Made by a program: the position numbers and the translations under genes
Part shown: positions 45,114 to 58,320 of the stretch, one piece after another
How positions within the stretch are numbered: position 1 is the stretch's first letter
How the letters are laid out: every line of letters starts with the position of its first letter
The notes under the pieces: generated by a model
The model's input: only the letters and a program-made list of their open reading frames with translations
Told to the model about the DNA's origin: nothing
Database searches by the model: none
Source of the DNA: Macrostomum lignano
Lineage: Eukaryota
DNA length: 64,000 bases
Direction of reading: 5' to 3'
Assembly: GCA_002269645.1 (NCBI GenBank)
Contig: NIVC01001228.1
Span: 1 to 64,000 of the forward strand

Positions 45114-47226
45114 TTATTCTACATCTGCATCATCAATATACGGAATTTCGTCAGTCTCTTGAATTGAATGAAAAGAGGAAGTGCCCCCGTTGTTCTCTGA
45201 CTGGGCAACATCATCACCGACTGTGCAGCAACTGCCTGATGATGAGTTTCTGAAATTAAAAGTTTCTGAGAATTTTCAGTCTTGTTCCTACAAGTCTGAG
45301 TATCGGGAAAGGGACAGAAAAGCATACCCTAGAGAAGGGTAAGGGGAAGGGACATTAGAGAGAGAAGAGTAGGGGCCGGAGGAAGGGATATTAGAGAGAG
45401 AAGAGTAGGGGCCGGAGGAAGGGACATTACAGAGAGAAGAGTAGGGGCCGGAGGAAGGGACATGTAGTCAGAAAGATAAGGATGCATGGGAAAGTATGAA
45501 GAATAATCAGAATGGAGCATCCCATAACCCATGCCTGCATTTAGAACAGACGGAAAAGTGAGTTAAAAGCATAAAAAGAACTTACATTATGTGAACGCAA
45601 AAGCAGAGAGTCAGCATCAGAAGGGCGAACGCAAGAAGCAGTATAGCTATCAGCATTATAGCCATGTAGAATTTTATATCATAAAATGATCCCGTAAAGT
45701 TAGGAGTTACAAAAGTTGTGGACAAATGTGATTCCAAAATCTTCTTCAGCTTGTTCGGGATTTGACATGATACTGATGAAAAGCTGCATTCCTGGTGGGA
45801 TGACTTCACTGAAATTGAGAGATTGAGATGGGTTGATGCAATTGACAGTGGAATGTAAATAGACGTGGAGGAGGAGATGTCAAGAAGAGGGAAGGCGAGT
45901 GGGGAAAAGGGCAAGAAGCAAAGATGCAGGATAGAGGGCAAAGGAAAAATATGCCTGGGATCTCGAACTCGTCCGCGAGACGTTTAAAAATTAACAACTC
46001 AACACTGCATCTGAATGGTAAATGACGCTCACCAACGATGGGGCAAGTATCGCTTGTGCTCATATTCGGGCAGTCCTCAGGACTGCAGGTTGACCCGTTT
46101 TGAAAATGCCTGCCGCGAATCTGACGATTGAATCAAGTAGGACTTGGTTAATTAGTTTCTTAAGTTAGCGTTTGTTTCCTTAATTGTTTACAGTATCTTA
46201 CTGTCTTGGTGTCTTAATGGATTTTCAAGTGTCTTAGTGAACGTCTTACAGGATTAGTATCCTAGAGAATTAATGTCTCACAGTTTAGTGTCGTACAAGA
46301 TAAGTGTCTTACGGGATTAGGCCTACAGGATTAGTGTCTGATGGTATTAGTCTTGTGGCTTTGCGTCTATCTTTGACGCCTCTACGTCTGAGAGCCGTAA
46401 TGTCCAAATATCTGATCAATTTGCCATTTAGTAATAAAACGATTGCGAATAATCAGTTTATTTCCAAATAATTACAGTGGCAAATTTGCTAATGGACTTA
46501 TCTATATTAAAAATTTAGTGAAATATAGACGGATCAACCACTCACAGTAGCTGATATTAAAGTGCATTTTTTCCAATTCGGCGGTAGAGTCTCAATGATG
46601 TAACAGTACTCGGTACCGACTATGCAGTTTAGCTTCTAAAAAACACGATGATAAGCGCTCTCGATTTTACAATCTTAACAAGTGTTCCAGGTTTGGGCGC
46701 CAAGGATTTTGGGCTGGGTTGCAGGAATTTGACTCACGCTGTTCTTCAGAATGTAGAAGCTGTTCTGAGGCCTGTGAGCAATGTAGTGTGGCGTTAGAAA
46801 CACGACGCCCTCAACGACGCCCAGCCGCTTGTAGTGGCTCCTACCGGTGAAGAAAAGCGCCACTTCTTGTTGATTTTCTCTAAACTGAAATCCGTAGATC
46901 CTCGTGTCGGTTGTGGACCTGTCAGAGACTTCTGGCAGCTGCCAGCCACACACTGAAATGATTGACAGCGCCAGACAGATTCTGACTAATTCTGACTCCA
47001 CGATACTACTGCGGACACTGATGGATACTCAAAAACACTAATGCAGACACTCATACGCGGACACTAAGACACTAATGCGGACACTTAAAGTACTAATACT
47101 CTAAAAAACTATCACACAAAGCCACTAAGGTACAGACGGTGAATAAAACGCACCAAGGTCCTCGAACATAGTCAGCATAGCAATGAGGCCCAGAAGCAGT
47201 CGATTGCTTGCTTGAAAAGTTCTCAT
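45114..47226 (-). pseudogene. Orphan type I membrane protein, paralogue A (6 exons; exon-5 acceptor not found, possibly a pseudogene)
   Basis: Exons 47154-47226, 46738-46952, 46546-46635, 46033-46120, 45586-~45850, 45114-45249. GT/AG boundaries and phases match paralogue B except that no AG is present before exon 5. Confidence 0.7.
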
Positions 47227-47989
47227 TCCTGTACTGTGTCTATGGTATTGAGCTGAAGCTTTTAAAACAGGTGGGTCTGTAGCTTGCAGTTGTACGAAAC
47301 CATATTTATACACAAGTTCTCGCTCTCTAGCGAGGTTCTGCTTTTCAGAACTACGGACGCGAAAAAGCGTGCCTTTCTGTCAACCAGTTAGCCGGTGTTA
47401 TAGAGAACCACATCAACGTCGTAAAAATATACGGATTGAATATGCGGCTTTAAAATGCATGCTAGATACCAATTTTACACATTTTCTCAACTTGTTTCCC
47501 TCTGATATCACACTTTTAGCTTTTGCCTTCGGATTTCTGTTATTAACTATAGATATAATAACATTAGAAGCCTATCTTCTACTTCTAGCCACGTTCTATG
47601 CATCTGAAGTCAAAACTCGTTTTGGAAAGGCAGGATTTGTTGCTTAATTAGTTGCTACCCAAAAAGAAACATTTTTCTTTCAATCATTCCTCTCTCTCTC
47701 TCTCTTCGTGGCTAGCTCTCTGTCTCTTATCCCTCAAGAAAGTAATTTTTGCTTGGCCGTTTCCTTGTTTTAAGAGAAGCCAGTTTTAAAATCCCAAAAT
47801 ATAGAATATATATCTACTCTCCCTCGTACAAGAGAAAATTCTCTAGCGATTCAATTTTACGCTCGTCTATAATGTTTTTCTCATTTTAAAACAATGCTTT
47901 TCCATTAAAATCATGGTTCACCACTCGGATTAGCCTGTGGGGTGGCTGACTTCAAAGCGCAGGGAAAGGTGGGTTACCGCCCCCCTCCA

Positions 47990-48230
47990 CCTACGTCCCT
48001 TTTCCCGCCCTCTGAAGGTATCTGCTTGAACTTAAACGCAGGGAAATCAGGGCGGTAACCATGGCCCTCTCAGGCCATATGTGTTTTGCCAGGAATCGTT
48101 ACCTCTAGGGAAAATTCGGCAGTCAGGAATGCCCATTATGTTTCTTGGGTGTTGAGAATGCGGAGCACATCATCTGTGAATGCCCTGCCTCTCCTCAGGA
48201 CAGGCTCGCCTAACTTAACCCAAACCCGGA
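47990..48230 (+). mobile_element. 5'-truncated fragment of a LINE related to 11738-17626
   Basis: RREIRAVTMALSGHMCFARNRYL*...CPLC...ENAEHIICECP vs RRDIRAAMTLSGHGCFSRHQYL...CSFC...ETAEHFVSICP. Confidence 0.75.
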
Positions 48231-48247
48231 CCTCTCCGACGTTTTCA

Positions 48248-48500
48248 GGGGTCGTAGCCTAGTGGTTAGAGCTTCGGACTCACGACTTGAAGGTCGACTT
48301 GGAACAATTTGTGTCCTTGAGCAAGACACCTAACTCTACATTGCTTCAGTTCATCCAGCTATAAAATGGGTGCCAGCATTAGCTCAGGTAATTGAGAGTG
48401 GCGACCCCCAGTTCTCGGACTGAGCAGCCGTACGCAGCCTTCAGATTTGCCATGCAATAGCTGCGGCTGAGCTGTCGGTTGCATATCTGCCCGTTGAGGC
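48248..48500 (+). mobile_element. Degenerate tRNA-derived SINE of a second family (CORE/V-like central domain)
   Basis: GGGGTCGTAGCCTAGTGGTTAGAGC head; TGTGTCCTTGAGCAAGACACCTAAC central motif. Confidence 0.6.
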
Positions 48501-49158
48501 AGGTGTAATTAATTAATTATTAATTGGGCTCGAGAATTTCTGCCAGCTCGTCCGCTACATAAGGGCTACCGGAGTGGGACCGCGCTGCGGACACCTGCAC
48601 CACCGGATCTCTCTGCGCGACACCGCAGCACCAGCTCCCCGTGGTCACCAGAGGTTAGCGGAATTTGAGTCAACGCCCCTGTATCCGGATGCCCGGAGCG
48701 CCCCTACAGCTGAGTCAAGTAAGTCCATTAAAATCATTGTGATAGTTTCTACAGAACTTTTGAAAGCCTGCATATAATTTCTTTTTTCTTACGCACTTTT
48801 GAACTAATTCACGGATGCATGTAACGTCAAAATCACCAATCTGACAATCATGTTCAGCTTTATAGCAGAATTGGATGTTTTCTTCCATGTTTAGTTCATT
48901 AAAAATTTAGTTCTATTTCGCTTGTCCAGTTTAAGACGTTACTCGTGCCTTTAAAAAGTATAAGTAAATGCATTGTTAGCTTTAAGGTAACTACGAGCGT
49001 ATGAGCATTATCAATTGATGATGGAAATTATGGAAAGTAGAAATTCAAACTGTATTTAATTTAAAATTGAATGAATAAGCATAACAGTATTAGTATAAAG
49101 AGTTATGGATTATATATTATTACAGCATCAGTGGTCTCAGAAAATAGACTTTTTCTTC

Positions 49159-52100
49159 TCAATCTTGCACAGTCGGCTCATCTTCGATATACGGAATTTC
49201 ATCAGTCTGTTGTATAACCTGTGCAGACGAAGCGCTCGCGTTGTTCTCTGACTCGGCACTAGTTTCACGGACTGTGCAGCAACTGTCTGATGAGGAGTTT
49301 CTGAAATTGAAAGTTTCTGAGCATTCGCTGTCTTGTTCTTACCAGTTTGAGCATCGGAGAGAGGGTGGTGGAAAGGTAAAGAAATAGGAAGAAGAAGAAA
49401 CATTAGGGAGAAAAGGGTAGGGGGGGGGGACATTAGAGAGTGAAGAGTAGGGGGAAGGACATAGGGAGAGAAGAGAAGAGTAGGGGGGAGGACATTAGGG
49501 AGTGAAGGATAGGGGGAAGGACATTAGGGAGTGAAGGATGGGGGAAGGACATTAGACAGTGAAGGATAGGGGGAAGGACATTAGGGAGTGAAGGATAGGG
49601 GGAAGGACATTAGGGAGTGAAGGATAGGGGGAAAGACATTAGGGAGAGAAGGGTAGGGGGAGGACATTAGAGAGTGAAGAGTAGGGGGAAGGACATAGGG
49701 AGAGAAGAGAAGAGTAGGGGGGAGGACATTAGGGAGTGAAGGATAGGGGGAAGGACATTAGGGAGTGAAGGATGGGGGAAGGACATTAGACAGTGAAGGA
49801 TAGGGGGAAGGACATTAGGGAGTGAAGGATAGGGGGAAAGACATTAGAGAGTGAAGGATAGGGGGAAAGACATTAGGGAGAGAAGGGTAGGGGGAAGGAC
49901 ATTAGACAGTGAAGATTAGGGGGAAGGACATTAGGGAGAGAAGGGTAGGGGGAGGAAATTAGAGAGTGAAGAGTAGGGGGAAGGACATTAGAGAGTGAAG
50001 GGTAGGGGGAAGGACATTAGGGAGAGAAGAGAAGAGTAGGGGGAGGACATTAGGGAGAGAAGGATAGGGGGAAGGACATTAGGGAGTGAAGGATGGGGGA
50101 AGGACATTAGACAGTGAAGGATAGGGGGAAGGACATTAGGGAGTGAAGGATAGGGGGAAAGACATTAGAGAGTGAAGGATAGGGGGAAAGACATTAGGGA
50201 GAGAAGGGTAGGGGGAAGGACATTAGACAGTGAAGATTAGGGGGAAGGACATTAGGGAGAGAAGGGTAGGGGGAGGAAATTAGAGAGTGAAGAGTAGGGG
50301 GAAGGACATTAGAGAGTGAAGGGTAGGGGGAAGGACATTAGGGAGAGAAGAGAAGAGTAGGGGGAGGACATTAGGGAGAGAAGGATAGGGGGAAGGACAT
50401 TAGGGAGTGAAGGATAGGGGGAAGGACATTAGAGAGTGAAGGGTAGGGGGAAGGACATTAGGGAGAGAAGAGAAGAGTAGGGGGAGGACATTAGGGAGAG
50501 AAGGATAGGGGGAAGGACATTAGGGAGTGAAGGATAGGGGGAAGGACATTAGACAGTAAAGGATAGGAGGAAGGACATTAGGGAGAGAAGGGTAGGGGGA
50601 TGGACATTAGAGAGTGAAGGATAGGGGGAAAGACATTAGGGAGAGAAGGGTAGTGGGAAGGACATTAGACAGTGAAGATTAGGGGGAAGGACATTAGGGA
50701 GAGAAGGGTAGGGGGAGGAAATTAGAGAGTGAAGAGTAGGGGGAAAGACATTAGAGAGTGAAGGGTAGGGGGAAGGACATTAGAGATTGAAGAGTAGGGG
50801 GAAGGGACATTAGGGAGTGAAGGATAGGGGAAAGGACATTAGAGAGTGAAGGATAGGGGGAAAGACATTAGGGAGAGAAGGGTAGGGGGAAGGGACATTA
50901 GAGAGTGAAGAGTAGGGGGAAAGACATTAGAGAGTGAAGGGTAGGGGGAAGGACATTAGAGAGTGAAGAGTAGAGGGAAGGACATTAGAGAGTGAAGAGT
51001 AGGGGGAAGGACATTAGGGAGAGAAGGGTAGGGGGAAGGGACATTAGGGAGTGAAGGATAGGGGGAAGGACATTAGAGAGTGAAGGATAGGGGGAAAGAC
51101 ATTAGGGAGAGAAGGGTAGGGGGAAGGGACATTAGGGAGTGAAGGATAGGGGGAAGGACATTAGAGAGTGAAGGATAGGGGGAAAGACATTAGGGAGAGA
51201 AGGGTAGGGGGAAGGACATTAGACAGTGAAGATTAGGGGGGGAGGACATTAGGGAGAGAAGGGTAGGGGAAAGGACATTAGGGAGAGAAGAGAAGAGTAG
51301 GGGGGAGGACATTAGGGAGAGGGGATAGTCTAGCTAATTAAGCCTTACTTTATGAGGCTTGTTTGACCGCTTTCATTTTCGTCTTTGCAGCAACTTGAAG
51401 CCCCCTCCTTCACACGGGTGGTTCTCGGCGATTTTCTAAAATTGAATTCTCGCGCATATTTGCTTGGGTGGCTTGCTAGACGTTAAAATTGAAGAACCAC
51501 TTATACTTGGAGACTCATTGGAATCTGCTAGTCAGAGATAATGATGGGGCCAAGGTACGGACAGTGTAGGTTTTAAAGAATGTATTATGTTGGTTTTTAC
51601 ATTGATGGATGGAGTTGAAATGCATGTGTTCTTTGTGTTACACGCCGCTTGCGGCCCGCTATCAGATTTTCCCAGTGGGTGGGTGCGAAGTAAAAGGGTT
51701 AGATAGGAGTAAGAGGGAGATAGAAGTGAGAAGGAGATATGGGTGAAAGAAAGATACGGATGAGATTTGAAAGGATAAAGAATCTAAGAATTGAGCCTCC
51801 CGCAATCCATGCTTGCTTTTAGAACAGATTTCGAGGAAAAAGCATTAAAAGCATGAAAAGAGACTTACTTTACTTGGACGTACAAGCAGATAATCAGCAT
51901 CAGAATGGCGAAAGCAGAAAGCAATGTAGCTGTCAGAATCGAAATAAACGACGAGGTTCGCAAGTTTCCAGTTAAGTTCGGAGTTACAAAAGTTTTTGGC
52001 AAATGAAATTCCAAAATCTGCTTCAGCCGGTTTGGCATTTGGCAGGATATTGACGGAAATCTGCATTCTTGGTCGGCTGACGTCGCTGAAATGTAGAGAT

Positions 52101-55100
52101 TGAGAGGATGGGTTGATGCAGTTAGCTGACAATCTAATTTAAATACACATGACGGAAGGAGAGACTATGGACCGAATTGATGCTTGTTAGACCAAATTAA
52201 ATGCTGCTGTGCCATCCTTGCTACCATATACAAAAGCTTCATTACTTTGACAAACATATATTGGATTAAATTCAATGCGTGGCTGCAAAAAGCTATAGTC
52301 AAAAAGTCAAAAAGGCTCACCAATGATGGGGCAATTTTCGCTTGTGCTCATATTCGGACAGTCTTCAGGACTGCAAGTTGACCCGTTTCGGAAATGCCTG
52401 CCGCGAATCTGTCAATGATTTTGAAATTAATACTTCGTTTTTTGGTTGTTTGTGATACACGCTAGTAAATACAACTGCCAGCTGCTGCCGTTCAGGTGAC
52501 AAATTCTTGAGATCCAGCCTGCCGAGTCAAGTCGACAAACACAAAAAACAAACGAGCCGACAAACGCTGCAGAGGTTCGCTGTTTTCTTGGCCTGATCAC
52601 GTTCGTCAGTTGTTTCATTCCGGGCCTCGCAGACATGACAAAGCCACTGCAGGACCTGACGAAAAGATGCTCAAGCTGGCAGTGTATCGATCGCAGGAAG
52701 CTAAGGCCTTTCAAACTATCCGGGACTGGCGTGCATGCAACACCACTCTGGTATTCTCAAAGGCGAGTAGAGCTTTTTCTGCAGTCAAGTCCAGACACTC
52801 ACAGACAGAGCGAGAGGCACTAGCAATCAAGTACGGATGTCTGAAGTTTCAGCACTACCTCAACGGTGCAAAAAGTTAACAATCGGGACCGATCATAAGC
52901 CGCTGACCTTCATGTTTAAGCCTGGCTCGCGTCTACCCCCTCGCATCGAACGCATGGCACTCAGTATCCGGGATTTGCAGCTCGGCGAGATGCTGGACAC
53001 CAACTACATCGGCAGCATCTACACCAGACAAGCAGCGACACCAAGAGTACTGTTTCTGCTGCAAGTCAAGGAAGCGACGGCGTGAGATGCCATCCTTTCA
53101 TTGGCAATGTCCTCATTGCGCACCGGTAGTTGGTATCTGCGAACGGAAACATTCGGCGAATGCATGCGGTTCGATAGGAGCTGACGGAGGCATCAGGAGT
53201 TTTTCTATGAGACCAGCAACTTGTGATCCATGAAGCTCTGCAGTCGACTGTTCTTCAGTTAGCGTACCAAAGGTCATCAAGGCGAGACAATAACTTTGCT
53301 GCAATTCAAATTCAACTCAAAATTCTGGTGGCCAGGAATTTCGGCTGAGACTAAAAGAATCGTGCCGAAGTGCCTAGAGTGCGCCGCCGCAAATCATCAT
53401 CTGAAAGTCCCAGCAGCACCCTACAACCAACCGACCTGCCTGAGTCACTGTGGTCCATCATAGGAATCGACTTTCTTGACCCCATCAACAGATGACGACT
53501 TTTGATGATTGTCGACCAATCATTTGCGCTATCCGATCGTCATTGCAATAAAGTCAACCACCGAAAAGTGACGGACAGCGGCCCACCACTCTCTTCGGAA
53601 GTGTTCGCCAGTTTTCACCCAGAATCACGGGACTAGCCACCGTCAAATCACGCCATACCATCCTGGGGCAAACGACATCACGGAGCGTATCAACAGGTCC
53701 TTGAACAAGTTGCTACGAGTCGCTAAAAGTTGCCACCAGCAGCTCCGCGGCTCCAAGATTGCTCAAATCAATTTTAACATAATTTTAACCGACCGCAGGC
53801 AGATTTTTACAGGGATAGAGTGACTAATTTTTTTTAATTGAGATCACTCATTAATACCGGTTGAAAGAAAAACATTATGGTAAGATAACATGCAACAAGA
53901 TTCAACTACTCACAGTAGCTGATACTAAAGTGCATTTTTTCCAGTTCCGTGGCAAAGTCTCAATGATGTAGCAGTACTCAGTGCCGCCAATGCAGTTTAG
54001 CTTCTAAAAGAGACACAAAGACGAGCGCTCTGCATTTTACAGTCTTAAAAAGTTTTCCAGGTTCGTGCGACAAGAGTTTTAGGTTGGGTTTGCGCGGATT
54101 CTAGGTTGGGGTTGCACGGATTTTAGGTGGGGTTGCACGGATTCTAGGTTGGGGTTGCACGGATTTTAGGTTGGGGTTGCACGGATTTTAGGTTGGAGTC
54201 GCATGGATTTTAGGTGGGGTTGCACGGATTCTAGGTTGGGGTTGCACGGATTCTAGGTTGGGGTTGCACGGATTTTAGGTTGGGGTTGCACGGATTCTAG
54301 GTTGGGGTTGCACGGATTTTAGGTGGGGTTGCACGGATTCTAGGTTGGGGTTGCACGGATTCTAGGTTGGGGTTGCATGGATTTTAGGTTGGGGTTGCAC
54401 GGATTCTTGGTTGGGGTTGCACGGATTTTAGGTTGGGGTTGAACGGATTTTAGGTTGGAGTCGCATGGATTTTAGGTGGGGTTGCACGGATTCTAGGTTG
54501 GGGTTGCACGGATTCTAGGTTGGGGTTGCACGGATTTTAGGTTGGGGTTGCACGGATTCTAGGTTGGGGTTGCACGGATTTTAGGTGGGGTTGCACGGAT
54601 TCTAGGTTGGGGTTGCATGGATTTTAGGTTGGGGTTGCACGGATTTTAGGTGGGGTTGCACGGATTTTAGGTGGGGTTGCACGGATTCTAGGTTGGGGTT
54701 GCACAGATTTTAGGTTGGGGTTGCACGGATTTTAGGTTGGGGTTGCACGGATTTTAGGTGGGGTTGCACGGATTCTAGGTTGGGGTTGCACGGATTCTAG
54801 GTTGGGGTTGCACGGATTTTAGGTGGGGTTGCACGGATTTTAGGTTGGAGTCGCATGGATTTTAGGTAGGGTTGCACGGATTTTAGGTGGGGTTGCACGG
54901 ATTTTAGGTTGGGGTTGCACGGATTCTAGGTTGGAGTTGCACGGATTTTAGGTTAGGGTTGCACGGATTCTAGGTTGGGGTTGCACAGATTTTAGGTTGG
55001 GGTTGCATGGATTTTAGGTGGGGTTGCACGGATTTTAGGTGGGGTTGCACGGATTCTAGGTTGGGGTTGCACAGATTTTAGGTTGGGGTTGCACGGATTT

Positions 55101-56292
55101 TAGGTTGGGGTTGCACGGATTTTAGGTTGGGGTTGCACGGATTTTAGGTGGGGTTGCACGGATTCTAGGTTGGGGTTGCACGGATTTTAGGTTGGGGTTG
55201 CACGGATTCTAAGTTGGGGTTGCACGGATTCTAGGTTGGGGTTGCACGGATTCTAGGTTGAGGTTGCACAGATTTTAGGTTGGAGTTAAACGGATTTTAG
55301 GTTGGAGTTAAACGGATTTTAGGTTGGAGTTAAACGGATTTTAGGTTGGAGTTAAACGGATTTTAGGTTTGAGTTAAACGGATTTTAGGTTGGAGTTAAA
55401 CGGATTTTAGGTTGGAGTCGCATGGATTTTAGGTTGGGGTTAAAGAGACTAGGGCTCCGAACTACTCTACGAGTATTAGGAATTTGACTCACGCTGTTCT
55501 TCAGCATGTAGAAGCTGTTCTGAGGCCTGTGAGCAATGTAGTGTGGCGTTAGAAACACGACGCCCTCAACGACGCCCAGCCGCTTGTAGTGGCTCCTGCC
55601 GGTGAAGAAAAGCGCCACTTCTTGTTGATTTTCTCTAAACTGAAATCCGTAGATCCTCGTGTCGGTTGTGGACCTGTCAGAGACTTTTGGCGACTGCCAG
55701 CCACACACTGAAATGATTGACAGTGAGGACACTAATACACTAATGAGGACACTAATGAGGACACATACGCTAATGAGGACACTAATACGCTAATGGGGAC
55801 ATTATTGCACTAATTCGGACACTAAGACACCAATGCGGACACTAAGACACTAATGCGGACACTCAGGCACTAATGCGAACAAAAATTCACTAATGCACTA
55901 ATTCGTACAATAATGCAGAAACTAAGACACTAATGCTCTAAATCGGATGCTAGTGCACTAATTTGGACACTAATGCACTAATGCTGGCGTAAAAAAAACT
56001 GAAAGAGTGATACGGACTCTAATTCGGACGCTATTTCGGACACAAATGCACTATTGGAGACACTAAGACACTAACACGGATACTCAAACAATAATGCAGA
56101 TACTAAAACGAGCACTAATGCGCAGACGCTAAAACACTAATGCGGACACTTAAAAATACTAATCCTCTAAGACACTATTACACAAAGCCACTAAGGTACA
56201 GACGGTGAATAAAACGCACCAAGGTCCTCGAACATAGTCAGCATAGCAATGAGGCCCAGAAGCAGTCGATTGCTTGCTTGAAAAGTTCTCAT
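49159..56292 (-). CDS. Orphan type I membrane protein, paralogue B (6 exons, 290 aa)
   Basis: Exons 56220-56292, 55493-55707, 53914-54003, 52321-52408, 51869-52133, 49159-49300 total 873 nt, all GT-AG and in phase with no stops. Signal-peptide-like MRTFQASNRLLLGLIAMLTMFEDLVCG; Cys-containing ectodomain; TM FISILTATLLSAFAILMLIICLYV; tail ending EIPYIEDEPTVQD*. Confidence 0.85.
49398..51325 (+). repeat. Purine-rich ~29-bp minisatellite (~65 units) in intron 5 of paralogue B
   Basis: Unit GGACATTAGGGAGTGAAGGATAGGGGGAA with variants and higher-order blocks. Confidence 0.97.
52440..53750 (+). mobile_element. Degenerate Ty3/gypsy pol remnant in intron 3 of paralogue B
   Basis: EVRCFLGLITF, HSQTEREALAIKYGCLKFQHYL, TDHKPL, PPRIER, HQG...WWPG...C.EC, GIDF, TPYHP..N...ER.NRSL. 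Confidence 0.85.
54075..55440 (+). repeat. 21-22-bp minisatellite (~60 units) in intron 2 of paralogue B
   Basis: Unit GGATT(T/C)TAGGTTGGGGTTGCAC. Confidence 0.97.
55710..56170 (+). repeat. Degenerate CACTAAT-based repeats in intron 1 of paralogue B (shorter equivalent at 46960-47110)
   Basis: Recurrent GGACACTAATGC / ACTAAGACACTAAT. Confidence 0.75.
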
Positions 56293-56879
56293 TCCTGTAC
56301 TGTGTCTATGGTATTGAGCCGAAGCTTTTAAAACAGGTTGGTTTAAAGCTCGTAGTTTTAGCTCATGCGCAAGTTATATTTATACACAAGTTGTCGACGT
56401 CAAACGAGGTTCTTCTCCATAGTGTATTTTTCAGTATCGGGGATGTTGACGAAAAACACTTATCGGCTTGCACGCTTCATCCTGGTCCTTGTAGATGAAA
56501 AAAAGAAAAACAGACCTGTACTGTATGCATAGCCCTGTACAGCTTCTGTGTGAGAGTGCAGACTTGTTTACACAATAGGCACACAAGAAAATTGCTTATC
56601 ATTTTTTCTTCTATTGCTAAATTTGTTAGGCGCATAAATGCCTTGCTCGCTCCCTGAGAAGCGAGGGAGGGGGGGGGCGTCAGCGTTGGATTCAACTGCT
56701 TTACGTTTAGCACCTAATTCCTGCTTTGCTCGAAGAATAAAATGCGGATGCAACTTGAATGCGACTTGCTTTAGTCCCTGTAGCTATAGCACTATCAAAA
56801 CTGACACTCAAAATTGTATCATTTGTTCTCTAACATCGCATCCTGTCAATCTGGCTAACCGAATTTTACTCCATCAACC

Positions 56880-58320
56880 CATTAACCAAATCCCCAAATT
56901 TCATTCCCAGAATCCCATTCACAGAATCCCATTCCCTAAATCCTATTCCCAAAATCTCATTCACAGAATCCCATTCCCTAAATCCCATTCCCTAAATCCT
57001 ATTCACAGAATCCTATTCCCTAAATCCTATTCCCTAAATCCTATTCACAGAATCCTATTCCCTAAATCCTATTCCCAAAATCTCATTCACAGAATCCCAT
57101 TCCCTAAATCCCATTCCCTAAATCCTATTCACAGAATCCTATTCCCTAAATCCTATTCCCTAAATCCTATTCACAGAATCCTATTCCCTAAATCCTATTC
57201 CCTAAATCCTATTCACAGAATCCTATTCCCTAAATCCTATTCCCTAAATCCCATTCACAGAATACCATTCACATAATATCATTCACAGAATCCCATTCCC
57301 TAAATCCTATTCCCTAAATCCTATTCCCTAAATCCCATTCCCTAAATCCTATTCACAGAATCCTATTCCCTAAATCCTATTCCCTAAATCCCATTCACAG
57401 AATACCATTCACAGAATATCATTCACAGAATCCCATTCCCTAAATCCTATTCCCTAAATCCTATTCCCGAAATCCTATTCCCTAAATCCTATTCACAGAA
57501 TCCTATTCCCTAAATCCTATTCCCTAAATACCATTCACAGAATACCATTCACAGAATATCATTCACAGAATCCCATTCCCTAAATCCTATTCCCTAAATC
57601 CCATTCACAGAATACCATTCACAGAATCCCATTCACTAAATCATATTCACAGAATCCTATTCCCTAAATCCTATTCCCTAAATCCCATTCACAGAATACC
57701 ATTCACAGAATCCCATTCCCTAAATCCTATTCCCTAAATCCCATTCACAGAATACCATTCACATAATCCCATTTCCTGAATCCCATTCCCCAATTCCAAT
57801 ACCCCAAATTCTATTGCCAGAATCCCATTCCAAAAATCCCATTCCAGAATCCCATTCCCAGAATCCCATTCCTCAATCCCATACCCCAAATTATATTGCC
57901 AGAATCCATTCCCAGATTCCCATTCCCCAAATCCCTTTACCCAAATCCCATGCCCCAAATTCCATACCCCAAATTATATTGCCAGAATCCCATTCCCAGA
58001 ATCCCATTCCCCAATTCCCTTTTCCATATCACGTGACCCACTCCAACTTCAATATCACGTGACCCGCTCCAACTTCCTAAATCCCATTCCCCAATTCCCA
58101 TGCCCAAATCCTATTCCCCAAGTCCCATTCCCCAAATTCTATTCCCAGAATCCCATTCCCCAAATTCCCATGGCCAAATCCCATTCCCCAAATCCCATTC
58201 CCCAAATCTAATCCCGCAAATCCCATTCCGCAAATCCCGTTCCCCAAATCCCATTCCCATAATCCTATTCCCAAATTCCCATTCCCAGAATCCCATTCTC
58301 TGAATCCCATTCCCACATGC
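56880..58320 (+). repeat. Compound satellite built of 10-12-bp ATTCCC/ATTCAC modules
   Basis: AATCCTATTCCCTA / AATCCCATTCACAG units, grading into AATCCCATTCCCC. Confidence 0.95.

Noticed and set aside
46675-47001. Single-exon signal-peptide ORFs (46675-47001, 55385-55732) or an interspersed repeat family
   Set aside because: They are exon 2 of the six-exon paralogues read through into introns; the real signal peptide is in the upstream exon.
54075-55440. True telomeric array
   Set aside because: The unit is a 21-22-mer inside an intron, not (TTAGGG)n.
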